From sequence record NZ_LR134467.1: a DNA stretch of 64,000 bases; one strand, 5' to 3'. The notes beneath the pieces were generated by a model. It worked only from the letters and a program-made list of their open reading frames with translations, was not told the origin of the DNA and did not search any database. Source of the DNA: a plasmid. The translations under genes were made by a program, and so were the position numbers. Shown in pieces: positions 8,516 to 20,146 of this stretch. Each line of letters begins with the position of its first letter. The stretch's first letter is position 1.

Positions 8516-10033
8516 TCAGGCGTCGACGGCTGCGGGCGCCTTCTGGTGCGTGGGCGTCGCGAAGAACTGCACCACCACGAAGGCGACGACGAGCGCCGCC
8601 GCGGGCAGCAGGATCGTCGAACCCATGGCATCTGCGAACGGGCCGCGCAGGAACTGCGGCAGCGCTCCGGTCGCCATCGCCCCGCCGCCCTGCGCGTGCC
8701 CGGTGGCGGCGGCGATCTTGTCCTCGATCTCGTGCTGCATGAGCACGCCGACCGCCGCGCTGCCGAGCACCGCGCCCACCTGCCGGGTCATGTTGTAGAC
8801 GCCCGATCCGGCCCCGGCGAGCGGCAGCGGCAGGTTCCGGTTCGCGGTCGCGGCGAGCGGACCCCAGATGAAGGCGTTGCCGACGCCCATGAGCGCGATC
8901 GGGGCGAGGATGCCGATCACCGGCGTGGTGTCGTGCGCGACGAGGGCCAGCCAGAACAGAGCGGCCGCGTTGGCGGCGAAGCCGAATCCGGTGAGGTACT
9001 TCGGGTGCACCTTGTCCGCGAGCTTGCCCGACGGGGCGGCCAGCGCCCCCGAGATCACGGCCAGCGGGATCAGCAGCAGCGCCGACCGGGTGGGCGTGAG
9101 CCCCATGGACTTCTGCGCGAACAGCATGAGCGGGATCGACATGCCGGTCACGGAGAAGCCCATGCAGGCGATCGCCGCGTTGGCGAGCGAGAAGTTCCGG
9201 TCCTTGAACAGCGTCAGCGACATCAGCGGCTCCGCGGCCTTGGACTGCCACCACACGAAGACGACGAGGAGCGCGAGGCCGCCGACGATCATCGTCCAGA
9301 TCGTCGCGGACCAGTCCTCCTTCTGCCCCTCCTGCAGCCCGAAGGTGAGCAGGAACAGGCCGAGCGCGCTGAGCACGATGCCGGGGATGTCGAGTTTGTG
9401 CTTGTGGGTGGGCAGGTTCGGCACCAGGATCACGGCGGCGATGAAGGCCGCGATGCCCACGGGCACGTTGACGAAGAAGACCCACTCCCAGCCGAGGCGG
9501 TCCACCAGCACGCCGCCGGCCAGCGGGCCGACGAGGATCGCGACGCCGGCGACGGAGCCCCACAGGGCCATCGCGGTGCCGCGCTTGTTCGGCGGGAAGG
9601 TGCGGGTGATGACGGCCATCGTCTGCGGGGTCATGAGGGCGGCGCCCAGGCCCTGCACGACGCGGGCCGCGATGAGCATGCCGATCGAGCCGGAGAGCCC
9701 GCACCACGCCGATGCCAGCGTGAAGACCACGAGGCCCGCCAGGTACAGCCGCTTGGGCCCGTACATGTCGCCGAGGCGTCCGGCGAGCAGCAGCGGCACG
9801 ACGTACGCCAGCAGGTAGCCGCTGGTCACCCAGATGACGCCGTTGAGGTCGGTGCCGTTGGTGAGGTCGATCCAGATCGCGTCCGTCGCGACCGAGACGA
9901 TCGTCGAGTCCACGAGGATCATGAAGAAGCCCACGACCAGCGCCCACAGCGCCGGCCAGGGCCGGTATCCGGACGGCAGGCCGGGCAGCGCGCCGGGGTC
10001 GTACTGCTTCGCAGTGGTGGCGTCATTCGTCAT
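8516..10033 (-). CDS. MFS transporter, DHA2 (EmrB/QacA, 14-TMS) family
   Basis: 505 aa with a characteristic MFS motif (GRLGDMYGPKR) and 14 predicted TM segments. Forms an operon with the upstream PadR gene. Confidence 0.9.
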   Translation of the reverse strand: MTNDATTAKQYDPGALPGLPSGYRPWPALWALVVGFFMILVDSTIVSVATDAIWIDLTNGTDLNGVIWVTSGYLLAYVVPLLLAGRLGDMYGPKRLYLAGLVVFTLASAWCGLSGSIGMLIAARVVQGLGAALMTPQTMAVITRTFPPNKRGTAMALWGSVAGVAILVGPLAGGVLVDRLGWEWVFFVNVPVGIAAFIAAVILVPNLPTHKHKLDIPGIVLSALGLFLLTFGLQEGQKEDWSATIWTMIVGGLALLVVFVWWQSKAAEPLMSLTLFKDRNFSLANAAIACMGFSVTGMSIPLMLFAQKSMGLTPTRSALLLIPLAVISGALAAPSGKLADKVHPKYLTGFGFAANAAALFWLALVAHDTTPVIGILAPIALMGVGNAFIWGPLAATANRNLPLPLAGAGSGVYNMTRQVGAVLGSAAVGVLMQHEIEDKIAAATGHAQGGGAMATGALPQFLRGPFADAMGSTILLPAAALVVAFVVVQFFATPTHQKAPAAVDA

Positions 10034-10610
10034 GACAGGTCGCCTTCCAATCCAGGGTCTCGTCGTCGAGTCGTTCGACGGTGCGCCGGAGCCAGTCGGC
10101 CTCGGCGGTGCGCATGGCGATCAGATAGTCCAGGTCGAGGAGGTGCATCTCCGCGGCGTGGCCGAGCGCGCGGGCGTGGCCCGCGCGCATCGCCGCCGTG
10201 TCGGCATCGAGGCGCCGGAGCCGTGCCGCGAAGAGCGCGCGCACGCGGTCGCGGTCCAGGTTGTGCGCCTCGGAGACGGCGAGCGGGAAGCTCGGGTACT
10301 CATCGGCGGGCTCCGAGAGCAGATCCGCGACGGTGTCCTGCAACCGTTCCCGGCCCGCCGCGGTGACCGCGTAGGTGGTCCGCTCGGGGCGGTTGCCGTC
10401 GCGGTCGGTGCCCCGCTCGACGACGAGTCCGTCGTCGGCGAGCCGCTTGACCGTGTGGTACAGCGAGCCCGCGCGGAGTTTGACCACGATGTCCGCGCGC
10501 CGCTCCGTCATCGTCGTGAACATCTCGTAGGGGTGCATGTCCCGCTCGGTGAGCAGGGCCAGCGCCGCGATCGCCAGCGGGGTCAGTGCCCGTTCCCCGG
10601 CCATGCCCAC
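10023..10610 (-). CDS. PadR family transcriptional regulator
   Basis: Winged-helix PadR N-terminus (HPYEMFTTMTERRADIVVKLRAGSLYHTVKRLADDGLV). Overlaps the MFS start by 11 nt. The start could be GTG 10610 or ATG 10604. Confidence 0.85.
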   Translation of the reverse strand: MGMAGERALTPLAIAALALLTERDMHPYEMFTTMTERRADIVVKLRAGSLYHTVKRLADDGLVVERGTDRDGNRPERTTYAVTAAGRERLQDTVADLLSEPADEYPSFPLAVSEAHNLDRDRVRALFAARLRRLDADTAAMRAGHARALGHAAEMHLLDLDYLIAMRTAEADWLRRTVERLDDETLDWKATCHDE

Positions 10611-10646
10611 CTCCGATCGTTTCGCGCTCGACGGTCACGCTACTCC

Positions 10647-10672
10647 CCGAATACTCCACATGGAATATTCGG
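10647..10672. promoter_or_regulatory. PadR operator-like palindrome CCGAATACTCCA-ca-TGGAATATTCGG
   Basis: 12-bp arms with 11 of 12 complementary, 37-62 bp upstream of the PadR start, in an AT-richer patch. Confidence 0.4.
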
Positions 10673-10719
10673 ATCGGAGCAATACGCCCGAACCGGGACG
10701 AACCCACCCGTGACGCCCC

Positions 10720-11199
10720 TCACATCAGGGCAGGGGTGAGGGTCACCAGCGGGATCGGGCGGTCGACCGTCGCCTGGAAGGCGGCGAGGTCGGGGTTGTC
10801 CGCGAGCGCCCACGCGGCGAACTCGGCGTACTCCTCGCCCTCGAGCACGCGGGCCGTCGCGGCCACGGTGCGCGCCCCGATCTCGACGGTGACCGCCGGC
10901 GTCTTCCGCGCGTTGTGCCACCACGCGGGGTAGCACTTCTCGATGAAGGAGCTCACGTACATCTGCTCGCCGCGGTGGAGCACGCCCAGCGGCACCGTGT
11001 GCGGCCGGCCGGACCGCGCGCCGGTGGTGGTGAGCAGGATCATCGCGCCGCCCTCGTAGGCGCCGCCGACGACCCCGTCGTTGGCCCGGAACTCGGCGAT
11101 CACGTTCCGGTTCCAGTCGCCGATGGTCTCCTCGGTCAGCGTGTTCCAGGGCATCTCCGGGTCGTCGTAGGAGCCCGGTTCCGATGTCTTCTCAGTCAT
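10720..11199 (-). CDS. deazaflavin (F420)-dependent nitroreductase family protein (DUF385/Ddn-like)
   Basis: 159 aa from the ATG at 11199 (MTEKTSEPGSYDD...). The NVIAEFRANDGVVGG...ILLTTTGARSGRPHTVPL block is the DUF385 core. The upstream remainder of ORF 10720..12015 is non-coding frame noise. Confidence 0.8.
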   Translation of the reverse strand: MTEKTSEPGSYDDPEMPWNTLTEETIGDWNRNVIAEFRANDGVVGGAYEGGAMILLTTTGARSGRPHTVPLGVLHRGEQMYVSSFIEKCYPAWWHNARKTPAVTVEIGARTVAATARVLEGEEYAEFAAWALADNPDLAAFQATVDRPIPLVTLTPALM

Positions 11200-11225
11200 A
11201 CCCACCACTCTCGCGGGTATTGGTG

Positions 11226-12086
11226 TCAGTTTCCGTCCGCTATGAGACCGGATGTCCGCCAGGCCCGCGCGGGCGAGGGCTTCTTCCCGCACGACATGAT
11301 GCGCGGCGGCAGGTCCTCCGCGGACACCGTCATGGTCCACGAACGGCCGTCCTCGTGCCGGACGGTGACGGCGCCGGCCCCGTCGGAGCCGGTGCGCAGG
11401 ACGTCGGGCCCGACGGGGCCGAGGAGCTCGCGGACCGCGACCTCGGCGGCCTGCTCGGCGGGCGGGATCGACGAGCGGCCGCGGAGCCCGGCGGTCGCGA
11501 CGACGCCGGCGCGCGCGGCGTCGAGGGCCTCCTTGGCCTGCGCGCCGGTGACCCGGCCGTAGGTGTGCCCCGCGGGCAGCACGATGAGGACGGGCGCGAA
11601 GCGGTGCCCGCCCGTGTGGGAGCACTCCCACACCACCGGATCGGCGTAGCAGCCAGCGAGCGAGGCCGCGATGGGCCGCCCGAGGACGGCGCAGCAGACG
11701 TCGCGCTTGCCGTTGGTGCACACGAGGGCGATCGGGCCCGCCGGCTCGCCCGCGGACGGGTCGTCGAAGGGCAGCGCGGGGATCTCGGCGTAGTCGGCGA
11801 CGCTGAACATCCGCAGCGCGGTCTCCCCCGGCACCGAATTCGCGACGAACACCCGCTTGCTGCCGCGGAAGCTCCCGGCCCGGCCGGGCCGGCGGATGAG
11901 CAGCACCCTCAGGCCCCGGGACTCCGCGAACCGCTCGACGGCCTCGCCCACCTCCGGGGCGAAGGTCTCGCCCGAGAACGGGTCCCGGCCCCACCCGGCC
12001 TCGTTCTCGATGCACAACCAGCCGGTCTCGGTGGTCGCGGTACCGGGGAGCGGCTCATCGGTGAAACTCGAACAACGCTCCGTCAT
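11226..12086 (-). CDS. sucrase/ferredoxin-like family protein (thioredoxin-like fold)
   Basis: Internal ATG at 12086 (MTERCSSF...). CTNGKRDVCCAVLGRP...ECSHTGGHRFAPV matches the sucrase/ferredoxin-like family. The ORF part upstream of 12086 is Gly/Pro-rich noise. Confidence 0.65.
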   Translation of the reverse strand: MTERCSSFTDEPLPGTATTETGWLCIENEAGWGRDPFSGETFAPEVGEAVERFAESRGLRVLLIRRPGRAGSFRGSKRVFVANSVPGETALRMFSVADYAEIPALPFDDPSAGEPAGPIALVCTNGKRDVCCAVLGRPIAASLAGCYADPVVWECSHTGGHRFAPVLIVLPAGHTYGRVTGAQAKEALDAARAGVVATAGLRGRSSIPPAEQAAEVAVRELLGPVGPDVLRTGSDGAGAVTVRHEDGRSWTMTVSAEDLPPRIMSCGKKPSPARAWRTSGLIADGN

Positions 12087-12108
12087 TCCGCCACCGTAGC
12101 CGACTACG

Positions 12109-13419
12109 ATGAGCGCGATGATCGCGCGCACTCTCACCTCCGCCGGCCGGGTCCTCGCCACCGCCGGCCTCCTCGGCGCACTCGCCGGGCCGGCCGCCGC
12201 GACGCCCGGACCCGCACCGTCGCCGACGCCCGGCCCGGCGGCGAAGACCCTGGTCACCGATGCCTGTCCGCACAAGCAGGTCCCGCCACCCGCCGTCGAC
12301 GAGTCCGAGGTGCCCAAGCCCGGGCAGCCCAGCCCCACGCCGCTCGCGGTGCCGGATCCGCCCGTCGGGGGCGGGAAGCTCGGCGGGTGCGGGCTCGTCG
12401 TGCCCGACGGTGCGCCGCCCGTCCCGCCCGGCATCGACTCGGCGGGCTGGCTCATCGCGGACGTCACCGACGGCACCGTCGTCGCGGCGAAGGACCCGCA
12501 CGGGCGGTACCGGCCGGCGAGCACCATCAAGGTGCTGCTCGCGCAGGTCGCGCTCCGCGACCTCGACCTCACGACGGTGGTCGAGGGCACCGCGGAGGAC
12601 GCGGCGCAGGAGGGCAACGGCGCGGGCGTGAACGTCGGCGGCCGCTACACCGTCGAGCAGCTCCTCGAGGGCCTCCTCCTGGCCTCCGGCAACGACGCCG
12701 CGCACGCGCTCGCCCGGCAGCTCGGCGGGGTCGACGCGACGCTGCGGAAGATGAACGCGCTGGCGGCGTCGCTCGGCGCGAAGGATACGCGGACCGCCTC
12801 CCCGTCCGGCCTCGACGGGCCCGGCATGAGCTCGAGCCCGTACGACATGGCGCTCCTCCTGCGCGCCGCCCTGCGCGACGACCGGTTCGTGCGCATCGCG
12901 GCGACACCGCAGGTCACGTTCCCCGGGCACCCGCCCGTCCCGACCACCGCGCCGTCGACGCCGCCCCCGCCGGGGCAGAGCCCGCCCCCGGCACCGACCT
13001 CGGTCGCGCCGTACCCGATCGTCAACGAGAACCGTCTGCTCACCGACTTCCCCGGCGCGGTCGCCGGCAAGAACGGCTACACCGACGACGCGAAGAAGAC
13101 CTTCGTCGGCGCGGTCGACCGGGACGGCCACCGCTACGTGATCGTGCAGATGTTCGGGCTCTCGCAGACCGGCAACACCTACTGGGACCAGTACCGGCGA
13201 CTCCTCGACTACGGCGTCGCGCTGCGCGGGAAGTCCGTGGGCACCCTGGTCGCGGCGGACGGTTCCGCGGACCGGCCGGAGCGCGCCCAGGAGGATCTGG
13301 TGGTCGAGAGCGGACCGTCGGGGATGGGGAACGGCACCCGGCTGCTGATCGGCCTCGGCGGCCTCGGCCTCATCGCGGTCCTCGTGGGCGCCGCCATGCG
13401 CACGAACCGGGGCCGCTGA
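12109..13419 (+). CDS. dacB: D-alanyl-D-alanine carboxypeptidase (low-MW PBP, DacB-like)
   Basis: Signal peptide, an active-site SxxK (RPASTIKVLL), an SGN motif (LASGNDAAHAL) and a C-terminal TM anchor. Confidence 0.85.
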   Translation: MSAMIARTLTSAGRVLATAGLLGALAGPAAATPGPAPSPTPGPAAKTLVTDACPHKQVPPPAVDESEVPKPGQPSPTPLAVPDPPVGGGKLGGCGLVVPDGAPPVPPGIDSAGWLIADVTDGTVVAAKDPHGRYRPASTIKVLLAQVALRDLDLTTVVEGTAEDAAQEGNGAGVNVGGRYTVEQLLEGLLLASGNDAAHALARQLGGVDATLRKMNALAASLGAKDTRTASPSGLDGPGMSSSPYDMALLLRAALRDDRFVRIAATPQVTFPGHPPVPTTAPSTPPPPGQSPPPAPTSVAPYPIVNENRLLTDFPGAVAGKNGYTDDAKKTFVGAVDRDGHRYVIVQMFGLSQTGNTYWDQYRRLLDYGVALRGKSVGTLVAADGSADRPERAQEDLVVESGPSGMGNGTRLLIGLGGLGLIAVLVGAAMRTNRGR

Positions 13420-13420
13420 G

Positions 13421-14917
13421 GTGGTCGCCGCGCCCGTCGGCGCCGCCTCGGTCCCGGACAAGGGACTGCGCTCGAACTCGCTGGGCCTGCTGAGCAACAT
13501 GGCCATCGGGCTGTCGTCGACCGCGCCGGCGTACAGCCTCGCGGCCACGCTCGGCGGCGTGGTCGGCCACGTGCAGGGCAAGGCCCCGGCGATGTTCGTC
13601 GTGGCCTTCCTCCCCATGCTCATGGTGGCCGTCGCGTACAAGGAACTGGCCTCGGACACCCCCGACGCCGGGACCACGTTCACCTGGGGCAGTAGGGCGT
13701 TCGGCCCGTGGATCGGCTGGATGGGCGGCTGGGGCCTCGCCGTCTCGGCGATCATCTGCCTGGCGAACGTCGCGGAGATCTCGGCGAGCTACCTGCTGCG
13801 CTTCGTGGGCCTGACCTCGCTCGCCGACGACCGCGTGACCGTGGTCGGTTTCGGCTGCCTGCTCATCGTCGCGATGACCTGGGTGTCGTACCGCGGGATC
13901 GTCGTCTCGGAGCGCATGCAGAACGCGCTCATGTCGATCCAGTTCGCGGTGCTCGGCGTCGCCGCGGCGGCCGCGCTCTGGGCGGTGTACCGCGGCACCG
14001 CGGGGCCGCAGGCCGTGCGCCCGAGCTGGGACTGGCTCGATCCCACGGGCCTGAGCGCCTCGCAGGTCGCGGCCGCGGTGATCCTCTGCATCTTCCTGTA
14101 CTGGGGCTGGGACGCCTGCCTCGCCGTCGGCGAGGAGACGAAGGACTCGTCGTCGACGCCCGGCCGGGCCGCGGTGCTCGCGACCGTCGTACTCATGGGC
14201 ACCTACGTGCTGGTCGCCGTTGCCGTGCAGGCCTATTCGGGGTTCGGTGACAGCGGACTCGGGCTGGGCAACACCGATAACCACGACGACGTGCTCACCG
14301 TGCTCGGCCGGCCCGTCGGGGGCGCGGTCCTGGCGGGCCTGCTCGTGCTCACGGTCGCGCTCTCGGCGCTCTCCTCCACCCAGTCGACGGTGCTGCCCAC
14401 GGCGCGCGGCACCCTCGCGATGGCGATCTACGAGGCGGTGCCGGAGCGGTTCGCGCGGGTGCACCCGAAGTACCTGACCCCGTCGTTCGGCACCGTCGTG
14501 ATGGGCGGATCCGCGCTCGCCTTCTACCTCACGCTCGCCCTGCTCAGTCGCAACACCCTGGAGGACTCGATCAGCTCGCTGGGGCTGGCCGTCGCCTTCT
14601 ACTACGCGATCACCGCATTCGCCTGCGCGTGGTACTTCCGGCGGACCCTGCGCCGGTCGGCACGAAACCTGCTGCTGCGCCTCGTCTTCCCCGTGCTCGG
14701 TGGCGTCGCGATGATCTGGGCGTTCGCGCAGAGCGCCGTCGACATGATCGCGCCCGACTACGGGCAGACGGTGATCGGCGGCATCGGCGGCGTCTTCGTG
14801 ATCGGCATCGGCATGCTGGTGCTCGGCGTCCCGCTCATGATCGCGTGCGCCGTGACGCGGCCCGCCTTCTTCCGGGGGCGGACACTGCCATGCGCGACCG
14901 CATCCGACGACGCCTGA
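13421..14917 (+). CDS. APC-family amino acid permease
   Basis: 498-aa polytopic membrane protein of the APC superfamily. GTG start 2 nt after the dacB stop. Confidence 0.85.
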   Translation: MVAAPVGAASVPDKGLRSNSLGLLSNMAIGLSSTAPAYSLAATLGGVVGHVQGKAPAMFVVAFLPMLMVAVAYKELASDTPDAGTTFTWGSRAFGPWIGWMGGWGLAVSAIICLANVAEISASYLLRFVGLTSLADDRVTVVGFGCLLIVAMTWVSYRGIVVSERMQNALMSIQFAVLGVAAAAALWAVYRGTAGPQAVRPSWDWLDPTGLSASQVAAAVILCIFLYWGWDACLAVGEETKDSSSTPGRAAVLATVVLMGTYVLVAVAVQAYSGFGDSGLGLGNTDNHDDVLTVLGRPVGGAVLAGLLVLTVALSALSSTQSTVLPTARGTLAMAIYEAVPERFARVHPKYLTPSFGTVVMGGSALAFYLTLALLSRNTLEDSISSLGLAVAFYYAITAFACAWYFRRTLRRSARNLLLRLVFPVLGGVAMIWAFAQSAVDMIAPDYGQTVIGGIGGVFVIGIGMLVLGVPLMIACAVTRPAFFRGRTLPCATASDDA

Positions 14918-14927
14918 GCGACGCGCG

Positions 14928-15926
14928 TCAGCGCTTGCGGCGCAGGAGCGATCCGAGGCCGAGGCCCGCGACGAGCCCCGCCGCTCCCGCGAGCGCGGTC
15001 CGGCCGGCGTCGGGCTCGGAGCGGATGACGGGTGAGATCACCACGGGCTCCGGGGCCGCCGGAATCACGTAGCGCTGATTGCGCGGGTCGGTGGCCGCCC
15101 ACGCGGTCGCGAACAGCACGATCCGCGCCGTGAAGTAGATGAACAGCATGATGCCGAGGATCGGGCCGAACGTGGCGCCGGCCGGGCCCTTCATCGCGTT
15201 GCCGATGAGCAGGGTCGCCAGCTGGATGAGGATCATGAACGCCACCGCAGCCATGAGGCCCGCGCGGGTGGCGTTGCGCCACGGGAACTGCACCCGCGGC
15301 AGGCGCGCGATCACGAAGGTCCACAGCACCCACAGCGCGAGGAGCGTGACCAGCAGCGTCGCGCCGGAGATGACGAAGTGCAGGCCGGGCACGTCGCTCA
15401 GCCCCGCGGCGTCGAGGAGCTTGGCGGTGAGTGGGCTGCTGCCTGCCGCCATCAGGGCGATGCAGGCGACGATCGCGACGAACAGGCCGGCGAGGGCACC
15501 CAGGTCGGCCAGCTTGGTCTTGACGAAGTTCTGCTCCGGCACCTTGCTGTCCCACATCTCGGTGAGACCGGCGCGGACGTTCGCCATCCAGCCGAGGCCG
15601 GCCCAGAGGCCGCCGGCGAGGCCCACGATGCCGACGGTGCTGCGGGAGGCGATCGCCTGGTCCACGAGGTCGCTGACGGACTTGCGCAGGCTCTCGTCGC
15701 TGATCACCGAGTTGATCTGCTGCTTGATCTCCGCGAGCAGCTCGGCGTCGTTGATGAGGATGTAGCCGCCGATGGCGAAGGCCACCATGATCAACGGGAA
15801 CAGGGCGAAGACGCTGAAGTACGTGATGCCCGCGCCGAAGTAGTCGCCCTTCTTGTCCTGGTACCGCATGGCCGCCGCCATGATGTGGTCGAACCACGGC
15901 CATTTGTCGCGGTACTTCTGGAGCAT
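14928..15926 (-). CDS. YihY/BrkB (virulence factor BrkB) family membrane protein
   Basis: 332 aa with a GAGITYFSVFALFP motif. Its position next to trpS mirrors Rv3335c. Confidence 0.85.
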   Translation of the reverse strand: MLQKYRDKWPWFDHIMAAAMRYQDKKGDYFGAGITYFSVFALFPLIMVAFAIGGYILINDAELLAEIKQQINSVISDESLRKSVSDLVDQAIASRSTVGIVGLAGGLWAGLGWMANVRAGLTEMWDSKVPEQNFVKTKLADLGALAGLFVAIVACIALMAAGSSPLTAKLLDAAGLSDVPGLHFVISGATLLVTLLALWVLWTFVIARLPRVQFPWRNATRAGLMAAVAFMILIQLATLLIGNAMKGPAGATFGPILGIMLFIYFTARIVLFATAWAATDPRNQRYVIPAAPEPVVISPVIRSEPDAGRTALAGAAGLVAGLGLGSLLRRKR

Positions 15927-15964
15927 GTCGAGACGTCCTCCTGCAGTTCGCTACTGCACACGGG

Positions 15965-17866
<1,902 letters not shown>

Positions 17867-17870
<4 letters not shown>

Positions 17871-18298
17871 GCGAGCGCCTCCACGGTCAGGCCGGCCGCG
17901 GCCCAGGCGGAGCGCACACGCGGCACGTCGGCATCGTCGGACACGGACAGCAGCACCTGCACCTCCCGGTCCGCGAGGACCGCGACGAACGTCGAGAGCG
18001 AACCGGCCTCGTCGGCGAGTACCTGCTCGGCCTCGGCGATGCCGAGCACCACGAGCGCGGGTCCGCCGAGCCAGTCGAGGTCGCCCAGGCTGTCGGCGAG
18101 CGCATCCCAGTTGGCGCCGAAGTCGAGCGGGAACTGAAGCGCGGCCGAGACCTCGTCGAGCAGTGCCGCCTTGGTGCGCATGCGGCTGCCGCGGGCCACG
18201 AGGACCCGCGGCCGTTCACGGCGCTTGAACGCGTCCAGGTCGGTGCCGGTCAGCGCGGCGCCGGCGCCGGAAGTGAGGAACTGCGGGAGGGTGCTCAT
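17867..18298 (-). CDS. barstar-family ribonuclease inhibitor
   Basis: 143 aa (MSTLPQF...DWLGGPALVVLGIAEAEQ...) with barstar-like alpha/beta segments. ATGA overlaps with both the RNase above and xthA below. An internal Met (MRTKAAL) is an alternative start. Confidence 0.65.
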
Positions 18299-18732
18299 CG
18301 GATCCTCGTGAAGGTCTCGTAGTGGTCCAGGGTGTACCAGGCACCGCCGTCGGCCCCGGTGATGATGCGTTCGGCGTCGCGGCCACGGCCCGACTTCTTC
18401 ACGTTGACGTCCCACTCCGTGTACTTCGCGCGCTTGCCCTGCTTGTCGTTCTTGGGCAGGCGCCCCTCGAAGTTCCCGAAGTTGCGGCCGCCCTGCGTAC
18501 CCGAGCCGTCCTTCGGGGGCCAGGTGCCCGCGTCGATCCGGGCGAGCGTCGCGAGGACGCGTTCCGGCGCCGCGGAGTTCGACTGTGCCGTGGCGCTCGC
18601 GGAGCCCTTCGTGGCGGCGGACGTGGCCGCGGGTTTCGCCGTGGCGGACGGCTCCGCGGGCGACTTTCCGCACGCCACGAGCCCGACGACGGTGAGCAGC
18701 GCGATCGCGCACAGCGCGAGAATCCTTCGCAT
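18295..18732 (-). CDS. secreted guanyl-specific ribonuclease (RNase Sa/T1/N1 family) lipoprotein
   Basis: ATG at 18732, a lipobox signal (LLTVVGLVAC) and a C-terminal YTEWDVN...RGRDAERII...AWYTLDHYETFTRI catalytic core typical of microbial RNases. The rest of ORF 18295..20730 is noise. Confidence 0.75.
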   Translation of the reverse strand: MRRILALCAIALLTVVGLVACGKSPAEPSATAKPAATSAATKGSASATAQSNSAAPERVLATLARIDAGTWPPKDGSGTQGGRNFGNFEGRLPKNDKQGKRAKYTEWDVNVKKSGRGRDAERIITGADGGAWYTLDHYETFTRIR

Positions 18733-18743
18733 AGCCCAAGACC

Positions 18744-19967
18744 CTACCGAGGGGCACCGACAGGTTCCGCGGTCCGCCGGGCGAGCAGCATCCCCACCCC
18801 GAAGACCACCAGTCCCGCGAGGGCCAGCCCGCTGCCGGCCAGCGCGGGCGCGGTGTAGCCCCCGCCCGCGGAGATCACGGCGCCGCCGAGCAGGGCGCCG
18901 AGCGCGTTCGCGATGTTGAGGGCGGAGTGGTTGAGCGTCGCTGCCAGGGTCTGCGCCTCGCCCGCCACGTCCATCAGGCGGGTCTGCAGCGCGGGCACGA
19001 GCGCCGAGGCCGTGAGGCCGATGAGGAAGAAGAGCGTGACCGCGGCGAAGGGCTGCGGCGCGAAGACCGAGAAGAGCGCCTGCAGCACGGCGAGCGCGGC
19101 CAGTGCGACGGCGATCGACCGGGTCACCGAGCTGTCGGCGGCGCGCCCGCCCACGGCGTTGCCGATCACCATGCCGACGCCGTACGCGGCCAGGACCGCC
19201 GGCACCGACGCCGCGCTCAGGCCCGACACGGAGGTCAGTGTGGTGGAGATGTAGGTGTAGACGGCGAACATGCCGCCGAAGCCGACGATGCCGGTGAGCA
19301 GCGCGAACCACACCTGCGGACGCGCGAGCGCGCCCAGCTCGGTGAGCGGGTTGGTCACGGGGATCTGCACCGACGGCAGGAAGGCCAGGAGCGCCGCCAC
19401 GGTGACGGCGCCGATGACGACCACGACGCCCATCGCGTACCGCCAGCTCAGGGCGGTTCCGAGCCAGGTCACCAGCGGCACGCCGATGACGTTGGCGACC
19501 GAGAGGCCCATGAGCACCTGCCCCACTGCGCGGCCGCGCTCGGCGGGGCCGGCGAGGTGCGCCGCGACCAGCGCGGCGACGCCGAAGAAGGCGCCGTGCG
19601 GCAGGCCGGCGACGAAGCGCGCGGCCATCAGCGTGCCGTAGGTCGGCGCGAACACCGAGAGCGCGTTGCCCACGGTGAACGCGATCATCAGCGCGATGAG
19701 CAGCACCCGGCGCGGCACCCGCGCGAAGGCGGCCGCGATGAGCGGCGCCCCGACCACGACGCCCAGCGCGTACGCCGAGATGACGTGGCCGGCGACGGGC
19801 TCGGTGACCTCGAGGTCGGCGGCGATGTCGGGCAGCAGCCCCATCGCGGCGAACTCGGTGGTGCCGATGCCGAAGCCGCCGAGCGCCATGGCGCCGACCG
19901 CGAGCCTGGTCCGGGTAGAAGATTCCACGGAACCCTGTAACGCCTCGCGGTCTTCCACGCTTCCCAC
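18744..19967 (-). CDS. MFS transporter (12-TMS, DHA1-like)
   Basis: 407 aa with 12 predicted TM segments. GTG start. Confidence 0.85.
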   Translation of the reverse strand: MGSVEDREALQGSVESSTRTRLAVGAMALGGFGIGTTEFAAMGLLPDIAADLEVTEPVAGHVISAYALGVVVGAPLIAAAFARVPRRVLLIALMIAFTVGNALSVFAPTYGTLMAARFVAGLPHGAFFGVAALVAAHLAGPAERGRAVGQVLMGLSVANVIGVPLVTWLGTALSWRYAMGVVVVIGAVTVAALLAFLPSVQIPVTNPLTELGALARPQVWFALLTGIVGFGGMFAVYTYISTTLTSVSGLSAASVPAVLAAYGVGMVIGNAVGGRAADSSVTRSIAVALAALAVLQALFSVFAPQPFAAVTLFFLIGLTASALVPALQTRLMDVAGEAQTLAATLNHSALNIANALGALLGGAVISAGGGYTAPALAGSGLALAGLVVFGVGMLLARRTAEPVGAPR

Positions 19968-20019
19968 CTGCGGCTGTGACCTCGTTCACGGATTTCCGGT
20001 CCGATATGATGCGGACAGA

Positions 20020-20097
20020 GGTCATGAGTGTCAGCGCGCAGCCCCGGCTTGCTGACCGGCAACCCTCCACCGCGGTGGGGTGCCCCGGGTGATGACC
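20020..20097 (+). promoter_or_regulatory. SAM-IV riboswitch aptamer (S-adenosylmethionine), with a downstream hairpin over the metX start region
   Basis: GGTCATGAGTGTCAGCGCGCAGCCCCGGCTTGCTGACCGGCAACCCTCCACCGCGGTGGGGTGCCCCGGGTGATGACC matches the conserved SAM-IV core as I recall it, with a GGUCAUGAG/GUGAUGACC P1 stem. It lies upstream of metX, the usual context in Actinobacteria. The hairpin CCCGGCGG-tccc-CCGCCGGG (20104-20123) follows the aptamer. Confidence 0.75.
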
Positions 20098-20146
20098 CGG
20101 TTTCCCGGCGGTCCCCCGCCGGGTGGCAAGCGCGAGGAGAGGCTCG

